From Chrysomallon squamiferum (lineage: Eukaryota > Animalia > Mollusca), in the NCBI GenBank assembly GCA_012295275.1, contig CM022670.1, positions 8,866,001 through 8,930,000 of the forward strand: a stretch of DNA of 64,000 bases, given 5' to 3'. The notes beneath the pieces were generated by a model that had not been told where the DNA came from, did no database searches, and was given only the letters and a program-made list of their open reading frames with translations. Shown here piece after piece: positions 27,672 to 40,868 of this stretch. The translations under genes were made by a program, and so were the position numbers. Position 1 is the first letter of the stretch; every line of letters begins with the position of its first letter.

Positions 27672-28258
27672 TAATAATAATAATAATAACAACAACAAAA
27701 GTCTTAAAAATCAACCACACCTACCTTCCAGGTTTCACTCAGTACTTAATCACGGAATCTAAAATGAAACTGACAGTCAGCGAACTTCATCAGTCAAAGC
27801 AGACGTCGATATCGACATGTTGCGCATGCTCGGCTCGCGGAACCTATCCATATATAGAGAGACATGTAGCAAGATCTGAACGCGGAATGGCTGTTGATTA
27901 ATTATTCAGCGGACCGCACAAAACACACCTGTACCCAGTGCGCGGAAACGGCAGCGATTCTCCGCGACAATTTCGTCTTTTCACGCGATCGCATTAAAAT
28001 GGAATTATTGATAAAACGTATTGATCTCCGCTTCGTGACCGGGTTGATGGAAACACGGAGGGCTTGGCCCTAGCATCTTCAGTTCAATATATATTTTTTA
28101 ATTTTTTTTTTTTTTTTTTTTATAGTGGGATGGGTGTGTGGATTGAAGGTTTTTAATCTCGGATGTTTAATCTACAGTTTTTATTAGAAATAAGGTTAAA
28201 ATCTATAATATTAAGAATAGAAGACTAGTTTTATTTATTATCAGAAAAGAATTATTTT

Positions 28259-28294
<36 letters not shown>

Positions 28295-29139
28295 ATTTCG
28301 GGTAAGTATTAATCTGGAACTCAGAAAAGCCAATTGTAGGGCATTTGTTGCATTGGGAAATAGTCAAATAGGAGAATCACTGAATACCGATCTTGCGTCC
28401 CGTCATGGCTAACATCATTTCTCTGTCACCAAGCTACATTCCACCCCATTGCTTACTTTAAACATTTATCTTTATGGAATTAAATAAATTCAGACAGTGT
28501 AACGTTTATCGTTACCACACGGTGCTGGTTGAAAACTTGGTGATGAAAAAGGTCAGTTAAATTGATTGAACAGTTTTTGTGTTCGAAAATCACCTGTAGG
28601 CGAGAAAATAAAACAAAGAAAATGTTGTTTCGTTACAGATTCCTCAAATACATGAGTAATGTTATAGATGATATACAGGATGTTAAGCTATAAAAAATGT
28701 AAATTTTGGTAATTTAAAAGAATTTTACACCTGTTTGCCAAAATATATATTTTTGTTTTATACATAGTTATTGTTAACTCTTCGCTAGTTTAATGAAAAT
28801 GAATTATACGTAATACTAATTTAAAAAGTGTAAAATGTAAGAAATCAATACTAAATGATGTAAAACAAAAATTTGGTTAATGAATAAATGTCTCATTCCT
28901 GTTTATACAGAAGCGTCCATTATAAAAACTCGAAACCAGTAAATAAATGTCCAGAAAGCATTGTATGAACATATGGAATCAAGTGAGGTAGCAGGATATT
29001 TTAGGGGTTGTTATTAGTCTGTATATGTGATGATAAGACATTACTGGTGTAAGTAAATGACTGGATCACTTCCTAAACACGAGACACTCGTCACCCTCAG
29101 AGTGCGTCGTTTAAAAGCAGCTGAAGTTAAACACTGTGA

Positions 29140-29424
29140 AGTCAGACTTCAGCCGCGTCAGCAACAAGCCAGACATCAACTACCTCAGCTACAAGCCAAA
29201 CCTCATCTACATCATCTGCTTCTGCAACAAGCCTGACGTCGGCCACATCAGCCATAAGCCAAACCGTATCTACATCATCTCCTTCTGCTACAAGCCTGAC
29301 CTCACCTACATCGGCTACTAGTCAGACCTCACCTACGAGCCACACAGCAGCTACCTCTGCAACAAGCCAGACATCGGCTGTGTCGGCTATAAGCCAGATC
29401 TCAGCGAAATCAGCCAGGAGCTAA
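29140..29424 (+). other. Ser/Thr/Ala-rich repeat reading frame (94 aa, no ATG): orphan exon or pseudo-exon
   Basis: SQTSAASATSQTSTTSATSQTSSTSSASATSLTSATSAISQ...SAKSARS*; 27-nt units that vary largely at third codon positions in this frame. Confidence 0.45.
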
Positions 29425-29778
29425 GTGAACACTGGTGAAGCGATAACTGATCAGCGGTCAGGAGCCTAATATCAAAAATTAAGTTTTTAATTTCTCTGAA
29501 ATCAGAGAAAATGACTTGGCATGTAGGAATTGAGAGTTATATGTACCGTTGGTTTGTAACGATCTTAACATTTTATGTCCTCATTCCAACTTCAGATCAC
29601 TTCGACATATTGTTGCTAAATGTTAATCATAATTTATTCATGTACACCGAATCAGAAATATTGTTGCCTTGGTTTCTGTGGTATAATATATATATATTTT
29701 TCCTGTCTTTCAGTATATAGTAAATATTGTCAATAATAATAATAATAATCATAATAATAATAATAATAATAATATTGC

Positions 29779-29809
<31 letters not shown>

Positions 29810-31156
29810 ATGCTACTGGATTCTGAGTATTTTTATTATTTACGATACGTACATTTTACGGATTGCACATTTATATTATTTGAACCAGAAAAAAAAAAAA
29901 ATAAATAAAAAAATACGAAGAATCGTCTAGACCACATTTTTCTATTTTTTTCTTTTTTAAATATCCATTCTTCATAAAATTAATTTTCATAAACAATACA
30001 CTATAAAGATTTCGACTAACGTAAAGCATTTTCATCCTATTTGAGTAAAAAAATCAATAGATTCATTCGCTGTCCAGAAGATCACAGCAAATTGCGTAAC
30101 GTTAATCTCGCGTTATTCCACGAGAGTGTGACGTCAAGCTCTCTGGTGACAGCAGACCGCGCCTGATGGCTTGCTTCGCTATTAATGGCGCAAGAATGCC
30201 ATCAATGATATCCTTAGTTATTACCAGAGGGAATGGAAGTGGTGCTTGCCTAGGTGTGTGGGGAGAGAGTCTGATAACCCAGAGATATTGTGTCTCGTGT
30301 GAAGCGCTGTAGATAATTCTGAAATCAGGTCGAAATCTGATGAAGCTGGAAACAAGAAATCTCATTGTTTAGTGTGACTTAACAGTAAAAACGTTTTATA
30401 AATTACATTAATGATTGTATCGGATGGCTTCGCTACGTTAACTTGTTGACAGATGCCTTACCACGAAATCTACAGTCGTTTCAGTTTCTTTGATGCATTA
30501 ACAGCGTATTATATTTCTTTCTCTCGTAAAACCAGTTTAATAGCTCTGCTATCGCATATAACGTAAAACGTATTACATATTAAAGTTTAGTTTTGTTATG
30601 ACGTGGTAAGAGGTGCGTAATTGTGTATGTATATGACTGTGTGTTACTGTGTATGTGTCTGTGTGTGTGTTTAGGAATGAAAATTCTCTTGTCTTGAGAA
30701 TGTCTGATTATAGTGACAATATTCAAGAACAAAGTCACAACCACACAAACATCAGATGCCGCTGACGAGACTCGAACGTACGACACCCATTCGTCCGTAC
30801 TTTACCATCGAGACAATTCTTTATGTATGTCTCTGTGTCTGTAGCTCTTTACTAAACAAGAATAAAATCATCCATAATTTGTTTTAACTGTTATTATTTA
30901 TTACTTCACAGACTGGTAGCTTTATATTTGTTGATCAGTAACTTGTGCGGAAGAAAATTATTCTTTCACGTAGTTTACTGATATTTAACCCAGTACCATA
31001 ACGAGGCAAAAACGTTAAAGGATATCAACGTTACTGAGTATTAACGTTTACGTCCACGGTTCCATCAACAGCTGAAAGATACTGAACAGATGTGCTGCAT
31101 GAAAGGCTTTAATGATATTTTGCTTAAACTCCGGAATCCTTTGTGCATTTTAATCT

Positions 31157-31170
31157 GTTGCCATGGAAAC
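31157..31170. promoter_or_regulatory. RFX X-box motif
   Basis: GTTGCCATGGAAAC, a 14-bp near-palindromic X-box, with an adjacent GGCAAC half-site at 31187-31192. Confidence 0.35.
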
Positions 31171-31474
31171 AAATGATCCTGTTATAGGCAACGTGCTCTA
31201 GTGTAGTAAAGCACATGTTTATTACATAATTACATGTTAACGTGCATGGTTTTTATTTTTATTTTTATCTTTTCAATATTATGATTATTTTTTATTTTAT
31301 TTTTTTATTTATTGATTTATTGATTTATTATTATTATTTTTTTTTTTTTTTTATTTTTTTTTTTTTTTTTTTTTTTTTTTTATTTTTTTTTTTTTTTGGT
31401 CTTTGAATAAAGTTCGTCATTAAAATGTAATTTGGGTTTTTAAATAATAATAATAATAAAACAAATTGAAGTGT

Positions 31475-31505
<31 letters not shown>

Positions 31506-32052
31506 AATGTATTAGTGAAAATGATAAATAAAAATAATTTATAATAAAGAACAAAATATAAATGTAAAACAAATAAAAAAATTAATATTAATAACTCATA
31601 ATTATAGGATTTACTGAAAAATTTGATATAATTCTTTTAAAATAGTTATTAGTTAAGCAACATATTATTTCGTTCTTATTCTTAATTCCATACTTTGGTT
31701 TTCATCATTACCACTTACGTCAAAGTTAATACTTTTTCCTTTTTGTTTAAAATTTGGAGATCCAATAAATATAATTCACAGATGTATTTACAACAGTAAA
31801 CCGTAACAGAAGGAAACAAAAATAGAAAAAAAAAAAAATTGATTAATTAAAAAATAATAACTAAACAAAAAATTAAAAATTAAAATAAATTAAATTGAAA
31901 TCCCAGACGTATTAAAATAACAGTTAAAAATAATAATGTTAATAATTTATTTCATAATCCAAACAGGACAAATATATAAATTACTAGTAGCAAACGAATG
32001 TATCGGAATTTTAAAAGATTTATTTATTTATTTATTTATTTATTTAATTATT

Positions 32053-32109
<57 letters not shown>

Positions 32110-34205
32110 TTAAATTAATAGTTGGTGATTAAATCAAATTAATTAAATTTTAGTTTTGAGCTAGTTCACTCAAGATTGCCTTTATCATAGGCTCAGGCTG
32201 TTCGTTAAATTGAATTACCTAAGAAATATGAATGTTTACCTTTAAACTTTTATTAATGCGTGTCCTGTTACATTTAATCCTTGCCGAGTTGTTTCCCTTC
32301 TTTGTGCGGAAGAACATCAGTATTTTTCATGCTGCCCAATTTCTTGTTGTTTCTTCTGTGTGCAAAATCACTCCATGAACACAGCGCATCAGAACCCACT
32401 CAGTTTGTCTGTCACTTGGGTTTATGGATACATGTGTGTGTGTGTGTGTCTGTTTGTGTGTGAGTGTGTCTGTGTGTGTGTGTGTCTGTGTGTGTGTGTG
32501 TGTCTGTGAATAATATATAAAATAAAAACAACTAAGTAAGTAAATAAATAAGAAGAATAATAATAAAAAAGATGACGTTGAAGAATACGTCACAGAAGCC
32601 ATTTTTAAGTTGCAGACATGAAATGTTTCGTTCGTAGAAACTGGATTAATGGTAAGATTTTTATTTTTAATTCCATAGCTAACCAATATATCTATATACA
32701 AACAATATTGTTGCAACTGTTGTTACTCATTATAATTATTTTTACAGTTTTGTCGTTATTTTTATTATTATTTATTTTGTTGTTATTTTTGTATTATTGG
32801 TTGTTATAACTGTTAATGATTTTTTTATTATTTGTATTGCTGTTGTTATTACTATCATCGTCTTTTTGTTGCTGTTCTTGCTATTGTTGTTCCTGTTACT
32901 ATTGTGTTGTTGTTGTTACTATTGTCACTATGGTTATTATTTCTGTCACTATTACTGTTGTTGTGGTCTTGTATCATCATCATCATCATCATATATATGT
33001 ATATGTAGAAGCCGAATATATATTTATATCTGTTTTAGTATGTTTATTTATATTTGTAGCCATTATTATACAGTTTGTACTTGTATGTGTATTTGTATTA
33101 AAAACAAAAAACAAAACAACAACAGCAACAAAAAGCAACAACATTATCTGTATAGAAATATATCTCAACGTCGTACAAAGCTGATTCTGCCTGGCTTGGC
33201 CTTGTCGTTTAAAAAAAAAAAAAAAAAAACACAATTATTTACGTTATATGTACATTAATATGACATAAAGTAACGTGATTTTAATTGGTAGCAAATACAA
33301 AATGTTTTCACAGACTACGTCTTTAAATTTTAGTAATGACTCTGCTAGGATTTAGGATGTAGTTAAACAATTGTTAATATTTAAATAATAATAATGATCA
33401 TAATAATAATAATAATAATAATAATAAATGTGCATATTTATTGCAAAGTTATAGAAAAAGGGAAAAAAAGAAAAAAAGAAAAAAAAAGTCAAACAGAAAA
33501 AAAAAAAAAAAAAAAAAGAAGAAACAACAGAAGGAGAAACATACACGCTCCATAGGTCCTGCCCATTAAACTCATCAGACTGTTAAGTCGAGGTCGCCTA
33601 TTAGGCCTGGAATACCAGTAATTACGGCAGTACCGTTCATTAAGTCGACCTAAAACTCTCAGCTTCTCCCTGCAATACTTTCAGGTGATATGACACGTTC
33701 TGAACGCAGGAAATAGCAAAGAAACACCACCGAACATCTCGCTTGTGAACGAGGAAGTGTTGTCATGGGAAAAGAGAAAAGTATTTAAAAAGAAACAAGA
33801 TCGCATCGATAATATTACGACGATAAAATTACTGAAATAAATGTCAATTTTTACACTGCTATCGCACACGCTGGACCGCTAAATTAAATTTACTGGATGA
33901 TAAAATATTCAAAGAAAATTCCGGTAATAAAACCACGACGATAAACATGCTCGTCTACGAAAACAAGCCATGAATTATTATTTTGTTTCGCTTGTATTTT
34001 CACTCCGTGACTGCATGACTTTAAATGGCGATGTTGTTGACATTCTTCGATTAGTACTTGATGTTCGCCGGTGTACTGATGGCTGCTAACGCCCTGAAAT
34101 TTCTTCTCCTGACAGGTGAAATAACATCAGCCATAGAGTCTACACCAAAGAGTGAGGGTAAAAGTACTGACACGAAATATCTACTAAATTGCCTGGACAT
34201 ACAGT

Positions 34206-34238
<33 letters not shown>

Positions 34239-34955
34239 TATGTGTTCGTTTATTTACTAACATCACTCTTCACAAATGTACATTTTAAAAAATATTTATT
34301 TGTATGTGATACATAGATAAACATACAGCACAATACATGCATAGCGCAAAAATAAATAAATAAATAAAATTCAGAATTGCTGATGATGGATAATCGAGTA
34401 ACATCTACATCACCGTCGTCGTGTTTTCCTCTGTAGATATAACTATTTTGATACAAAAATTCACGTATACGTTTAATCGTTTAGTGCTGTAATAAAACAA
34501 ATACACATAGAAATAACTTGTTGTTGATATGTGCAGTTAATTTCATTTAAGTCAGTTCATGTGTACGTGCAGTGTCTGGAGAAATTCAACACAAATCAAG
34601 TAAGAAAATACATATAATTATGGGACACATGGTATTGTTAATTTTCATGGTCTGCATTTCAAGGTATATGTCGTGGACTTAATTTTGATAAATTTCTGAT
34701 ATATTTCTGATTTCTTTTTAACAGATAGTGGACCCTCATAATGTCGTGCCTCCAACAGAAATTGCACACTTAGAGGAAATAAATTCCATCAGCAAGATCC
34801 AAGATAGTTGTATTTAAAATGTGTCCAGTAAGGCAGGACACCCTGATAGACAGACAGACAGACAGAGAGACAGACAGACAGACAAATAGACAGACACTGA
34901 GGAACATTTTATCGCTTAAAGAGAACTAACATCATTATAGAAAAATATTAATCTG

Positions 34956-35638
34956 TCATTCAACATCAGTATTACTTTGTGGCAAATTTCCGTTAAAGAG
35001 TCTTTTCATGTGAAGAAAAGAAGTCATTATGTCAGGAAGGACAATCAAACCTGCTGCAATAAATATAAATATAATACCAGTAGCTCCGACTGCCTGTGCA
35101 GAGGGTCTGTCGTCTTTCACGCTGATTAATTTCCTTATTGTCTTTCCCAAAACTGTCGTGTCTACCGTCAGATTCCTCTTAATCTCATCAACTAACTGTG
35201 ACACAGAATCCGGCTGTTCTGTGGCTGACTGACGACAATAACATTTACAGACAGAAGAAACACTTGTCTGAGAATCGCCAAATGGTAACGAAGATGAAGA
35301 GATGTAATTATCTGAGGTTGGAACATCGTCAGAATACGTTACAACCGTTGTCGAATAAGGTGCTGGGTCAAGAACGGTTGTTTGAACAATGATGTCAGCG
35401 GACACATAGTTTGATGAAGATGTTTCGATGTCTTCACTCGAGGATGTTTCTGGCTGTGTCGCCAGATCTGAAAACTCGGTTACGCTGGTGGATGTGATAT
35501 CTGTGGCCGACATTTCACTTGAACTGATTGGTAAAGTAGAATCATTTTGTGTCTCGCCAGAGTCTACAGAGCTTGTAGCTGATGAATACCAAGACGATGT
35601 AGACTCGAGTGAAAGAGAGTTAGAGACGTTGTAAGCGA
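34956..35638 (-). CDS. FCGBP-N-domain membrane protein A, exon 4: Ser/Thr stalk, CxCxC, DDRPSA motif, TM helix, short tail
   Basis: Acceptor TCTTTTCAG|TC (phase 1, matching exon 3); CKCYC...LTVDTTVLGKTIRKLISVKDDRPSAQAVGATGIIFIFIAAGLIVLPD; stop at 34958-34956. Confidence 0.9.
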
Positions 35639-35954
35639 CTGAAAAGACAAGAGAAAAGGAAACTTCAGATGTCAGTTTCAAATGTGGCTAACATTAATTA
35701 CCGTAACTGAATAATGGTTATAAACAGTATTTCGATATAACTGTACATGTGTACCCGTATTAACTATTAACGACCAACTCGTATATAAGCATCATAGACA
35801 TACTTAGTTTCATTCTTTGATTGATCATTGTCTTAATAGCATTTATCATAATATAAAGTTTTTACAAATGTTTGGAATCAGATGATTTATCCTGGTTTCT
35901 TTGCTATTCCAGAAATAGCTCTGCGAATGAAATCGTCTCTTGGAAGGTACATGT

Positions 35955-35992
<38 letters not shown>

Positions 35993-37290
35993 TACATACA
36001 TACATACATACATACCTATACATATATGTATATTTCTTCTAGTGATAAATGTGGCTAGAACAAAGACAGAAATAAAATGCTAAAAAAAAAAAATAAATAA
36101 GTACCGGACACGAATGCTAGATATAACAAACAGAACATCCAAGTGAAGTATACGGAGATCAGAAACGTGTGTTTGCAGCCGAGTACAACGGATATAATAC
36201 AAAAAACAGAGATGGCCACTTCCACATAAAATAAAATTAATAAAACAATGAACAGACTTTCTATTGACGTTACAGACTGGGTTGTTGGTGTTTCGTCTCT
36301 CGGATGATGTTATTATATACGTCTTTTCGTTAATGCATTTGCTTTGTTGCCATTGTTTGGAGAGCGAACGTACAGGCAATCGTTACAGAAACCAACCATG
36401 CTGTCTATATGTTCGCTTGACAAGAATCGTATCTAGCGTCTAAGCTTGAAAAATAATAATAATATTATCACTCTGTTTATTTTCAAGCTAAGTTTACTGA
36501 AAAGTTCATTGTCTCCAACAGATTTCAGCTAATTGTTTTTCTCAGCGTATTCACGAAGCATCCTCGCTGAACTTTGAACAAAACAGAAGACTGTTCTAAT
36601 TTTGATTCTCTGCAATGGCGGAACAACGTGAAGTGCCGCAGTTCGTCTGTCACGACAAACATAGCACATGAATAAAACGTTGTATTGAAACAGTCAGAAT
36701 ACATGCACAAAATGTGTCTGATAAACAATTCACGAAGCATAGCTCGTTTGTTCCAGCTAATCGGAGACTCCGACTGGACTTTCGCAGAACTGAGGAGCAA
36801 AGTGAAATATCCTGTGTTTCTTGTCACGGCAAATATCGTACATAAAATATTGAAACAGTGATAATAAATACACACTTCACTGTGCATGATCTTGAATTTA
36901 CAAATTTCAGCAGCATAATCAATTATCATTTTTCATTTTTATTTATTTTTTATTTTTTTAAATACTTTCATGTGATCGCTCATAGCTATTTAGTATCCTT
37001 AAATTTTCTCTTTTATTTACCAGAGAAAAGCAGGTTTATAAATTTTATATGAAAGTAGATTTCAGAAGCAGACATTTTAGATTATGACTGATTTTGTCAG
37101 GAAAAATCTTTTCATCAATCCATATGTATATATTCACTTTTTCCTTACTTTTTCAGAATATTTATTTATTTATTTCAGTATTACAAACAGATACGTCTTT
37201 AATTTAATTATTTATTTATTTATAATAATAATAATAATCGTAATAATTATTATTATTATTATTTTTAAATCAAAATTGTTATTGATATTA

Positions 37291-37474
37291 AGGGTGCAAA
37301 AGTAGGTATACAGTAGTATCACATCAGAGAATTTAGTAGCACATTAAATTAGCTGGACTCATTTTTCTTATTTTCCATATTTTATTTAAATTAATAAAAA
37401 TGCATATATTTTTTTATTAGTTTTTTTGTTGTCTTTCTTCACAACTGTGTACCTACTTTTTGCACCCCTCCCTG
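37291..37474. mobile_element. Short MITE with about 24-bp TIRs (Tc1/mariner-like) in intron 3 of gene A
   Basis: GGGTGCAAAAGTAGGTATACAGT ... ACTGTGTACCTACTTTTTGCACCC; the right end CCCTG is followed by TA. Confidence 0.7.
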
Positions 37475-37886
37475 TATACATTTCAGAAAGCAATGTATTC
37501 AGAGTTGGTGATGATCCATGGAGTTCCACAGAGCCAAGTATCCGTAGAAACAGCAAGCTGTGACATTAAAGACACGTTTGTTTGTTTGTTGGTTGGTTCG
37601 GAGATATCAGTGCAAATGAACGGACTGTTGCACTCAAATTTGTTCAGCTCCAGGAGAACTCAGGTTTCTGTTTTCACCGTGAAATTAAGTGTTCCCAGTT
37701 TACTGTACTGTCTGGGTGCTGGTGACCGCACTGGTTTGTCACCATCTAGCCTACCTCTTGAAAATCACCATGAACTGTAGTCAAAGGATGATCTACTTGC
37801 AGCCATTGCATTGCCAGTTTCCCGAGTGAATCAGACATCACACATATTTTCTGAGCTGTTCAGAAATTACACATATTTTCTGTAAC

Positions 37887-37932
<46 letters not shown>

Positions 37933-38105
37933 ATCACATTCCGTAGTTTATGCTTTCTAATAATGTAAAATAAAAAGAAGAAGAAAAATGTTATCTTATA
38001 TAAGATTCATTGTACAGGTGTTCAGCATTGATTTTGTTTTCAAATATATAATTAATTATTTATATTCATAAACCTGATACTCAAGATGACTTATTTACAA
38101 CTTAC

Positions 38106-39335
38106 CCAAGGCCATTCCTAGATTATATCCGAAAGCAACGGCATCGTTCTCGCCGAAACCATATGCAACGACCCCGACAGGAACTGTGCTGTCGTTGTTA
38201 ATAGTTAAACTCGCAGATGTCTGCTCCAAAGTCGCTACAGCAAAATTACAAGAACTTATATTAACAGACGAGTTGCGAATTTCATTGCTCAAATTGTTGA
38301 TATCATCTCTGTGAAATAAAACAGCAACGTAAAACTTCATACTGATCTCTACGTTGAACCAATGGCTGACAAAGGTCTGGGACAAGAACTGGCCAGTGGA
38401 TGGAACAACAGTCATGAAAGGATCTCCGATTTCAGTAGTACCACCAGCACGGTTTCCTTTGGCAATCAAAAGCACTAACACAGGTCTGTCAGAGGTCAGG
38501 CATAGCTGACCTGTTAGGTATGTATCTATTTCTACAAAATCTCCTCTGCCGACAGAGTACGTCTTTCCGTCACTCGTACTGATATTCGTGTTGTTGTTAC
38601 TGGCAATGACGCGATAAAATGAGCCAGAGTCTTTTTCTGCCAAATCAAAGAGGACGAACGAATAGCCGAAATTCTCGGTCGACGGAATCATTTCCACCAT
38701 CATGTCGCCGCCAAATTTATCCACGGGGACTTTGCTGCACGTGTGACTAAGAAGAACAGTGATTGGCTTGTTACTCGTTATGATGGTTCCTGTCAAATCG
38801 GCTTTGCATTTTGTGCCAACCATCTGAAAGCGGTTAAGATCGAACGACAATTCAGCACCGTCTGTCAGTTTGTCATTACCACAGGTGCCAGACTCAGACA
38901 GTTTTAACTGAAACCTCACAGTGGTTGAATCCTCTACAGCAGCAGCTGCTATCCATACATCATAGGAAGCCGGATAGGAAACGACAATATATTCAGTGGA
39001 CAGAGCTTTAATCGGTATCACGTGGTAGCCGTCTGTACTTACTTGGTAGTAGTTAAGAGCAAACACATTGACAGGAGACGATGCTTGGATGTACAACGTT
39101 TTGCTCTCCACTGTCTGGTCAGTGCTGTATTTGAAGTCGTTATCAGGACCTTGCAGCTGAAGTGATGTCCCAGCCGACACAAAGTAACTGTCACTACTTC
39201 CATCCATGTTGTTGTTAATTGTCACATTGGCGTCTGACTCTGCTGAGATGAGGATGTAGAGGTCGCTTATGCTGTAGATGTTAGGCATGAAGCTGATTAA
39301 GAACTCGGTACCCGAGTAATCTACAGAGGTTAAAC
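38106..39335 (-). CDS. FCGBP-N-domain membrane protein A, exon 3: IgGFc-binding protein N-terminal domain
   Basis: 1230-nt phase 1-1 exon (TTTTCAG|GT ... G|GTAAGT) with motifs DxxGTEF, STDGYHVIP..ALSTEYIVVSY, DLTGT.I.SNKPI.V..H.C, EMIP, GDPFM..VP..GQF, typical of the IgGFc_binding family. Confidence 0.9.
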
Positions 39336-40414
39336 CTGAAAAGACAGTATCAGTCTTTGTAAAGTGACCGTAAAAACAAATTAATTTAAAGCAATTACTA
39401 GCTTTGCATTAAAACAAAGCTGACAGTATAAAAGAAAGATATTAATGTGTAAGATCGCTAGTATTATTCCTGGGTGTTTTCTGAATAACAGTATGTCACT
39501 CGAAGAAGAATTTGAATTGTCATTATTTCTTGGTCTATAAACGACTATGTGTTTATTGTGAAATCCCCACCCCTTCTGATGCAGCTCTAAAAAGTTAGTT
39601 ATGCCACAACTTGAGAGTTCCACAAATCCTTAAACATTGCTGGTCCAAACCTTCTAAATACTCGAGGTGCTACTGCAACATATTTTGTCATAAATTATCC
39701 TGGATCATCATCATTATAATTCTTATTCTTATTAGTAGTAGCAATTTAATAAAGAAATTTAAAAAAAAAAAAAAAGTTGAAGGGTTATATTTCAAAACAA
39801 TATATTTCAAAAAAAATATCTACTATAAATATATTATTATACTCTTCAAAAAAAAAAAAAAAAAAAAAAAATGAAAAAAAGAAGTTAATTCGTCTTGACG
39901 TTGTAAATGATCTTAGCCAATAAAACAATTCGAAAATCAATTTAAAATGCAGAATATGTGCATATTTGTGTATGTAGATGAGAATGTGTGCGTAGTTATG
40001 TGTCTGTGCAGATTCTAATGATTTTATGTAGAATAAGCAGATCCTTTTTTAAAAATACTTTAATAATAGAATAATATTTGAATATTTGAATAGCAAAGTA
40101 ATGTTTATGGACAGTGCATATGTTTGATATTAACATACGCGAATTCAGCAGAAGAAACGAAATTTTTTTAACGAAGTTGCGTTTAAAGTGAAGTCAGCTT
40201 TAAAACATTATTATATAATGAACTATGTTATTTATGTATGAATGTGTGAATGTGTTTGTTTGTTCTTTTTGTTTTTTTACATATATATTTATGTATGTGT
40301 GCGGATTTCTCAGTTAATGACTGATCACAATTCAATGGAAAATAAAGTGGACAAAAAAAACATACAAACAAAAACAATTTTTTTTTTTTTAAATGTACAG
40401 GACTAAAAACCTAC

Positions 40415-40451
40415 CTCCTCTCATTAATATCGCGAAAAAGAAAGGCAAAAC
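40415..40451 (-). CDS. Gene A exon 2 (signal peptide core VLPFFFAILMRG)
   Basis: 37 nt, TTTTCCACAG|...GGAG|GTAGG, phase 0-1; same length as the paralogous exon 57040-57076. Confidence 0.85.
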
Positions 40452-40518
40452 CTGTGGAAAAAAAAAATATTCCACAAATGAATGATGATATAAGTTAATT
40501 AATCATTATCAGCAACGA

Positions 40519-40554
<36 letters not shown>

Positions 40555-40668
40555 ACATTCACACTTATAATTATATAAAAAAAAAAAAAAATAAAAAAAA
40601 ATAAATAGAAATAGACATTTTCTCATCAAACTGAAAAATCATTAAGAAATTTTACTTAAATAATAAAA

Positions 40669-40730
<62 letters not shown>

Positions 40731-40805
40731 GGCATATCATAATCATAATCATAAGTTAATAAATAAATTTAAAAAAATCGAAATGAACGTGAGAAATAAA
40801 ATTAC

Positions 40806-40868
40806 CTTTTGTAACTGAACCATCATAAAAATATTTGGTCTTCTTGAACCAACAGGAAAACAATTCAT
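40806..40868 (-). CDS. Gene A exon 1 coding part (MNCFPVGSRRPNIFMMVQLQK)
   Basis: Ends at an AAG|GTAAT donor (phase 0); length differs from the paralog by 15 nt, which keeps the frame. The true start could be the downstream MM. Confidence 0.75.

Noticed and set aside
29136-29321. Annotated KPD-repeat ORF
   Set aside because: Unit variation falls on its first codon positions and it stops mid-array; the shifted SATSQT frame fits better.
34058-34288. ORF with a hydrophobic, signal-like start
   Set aside because: Non-ATG start in the track, runs into a TACA microsatellite, has no donor and no visible counterpart in unit B.
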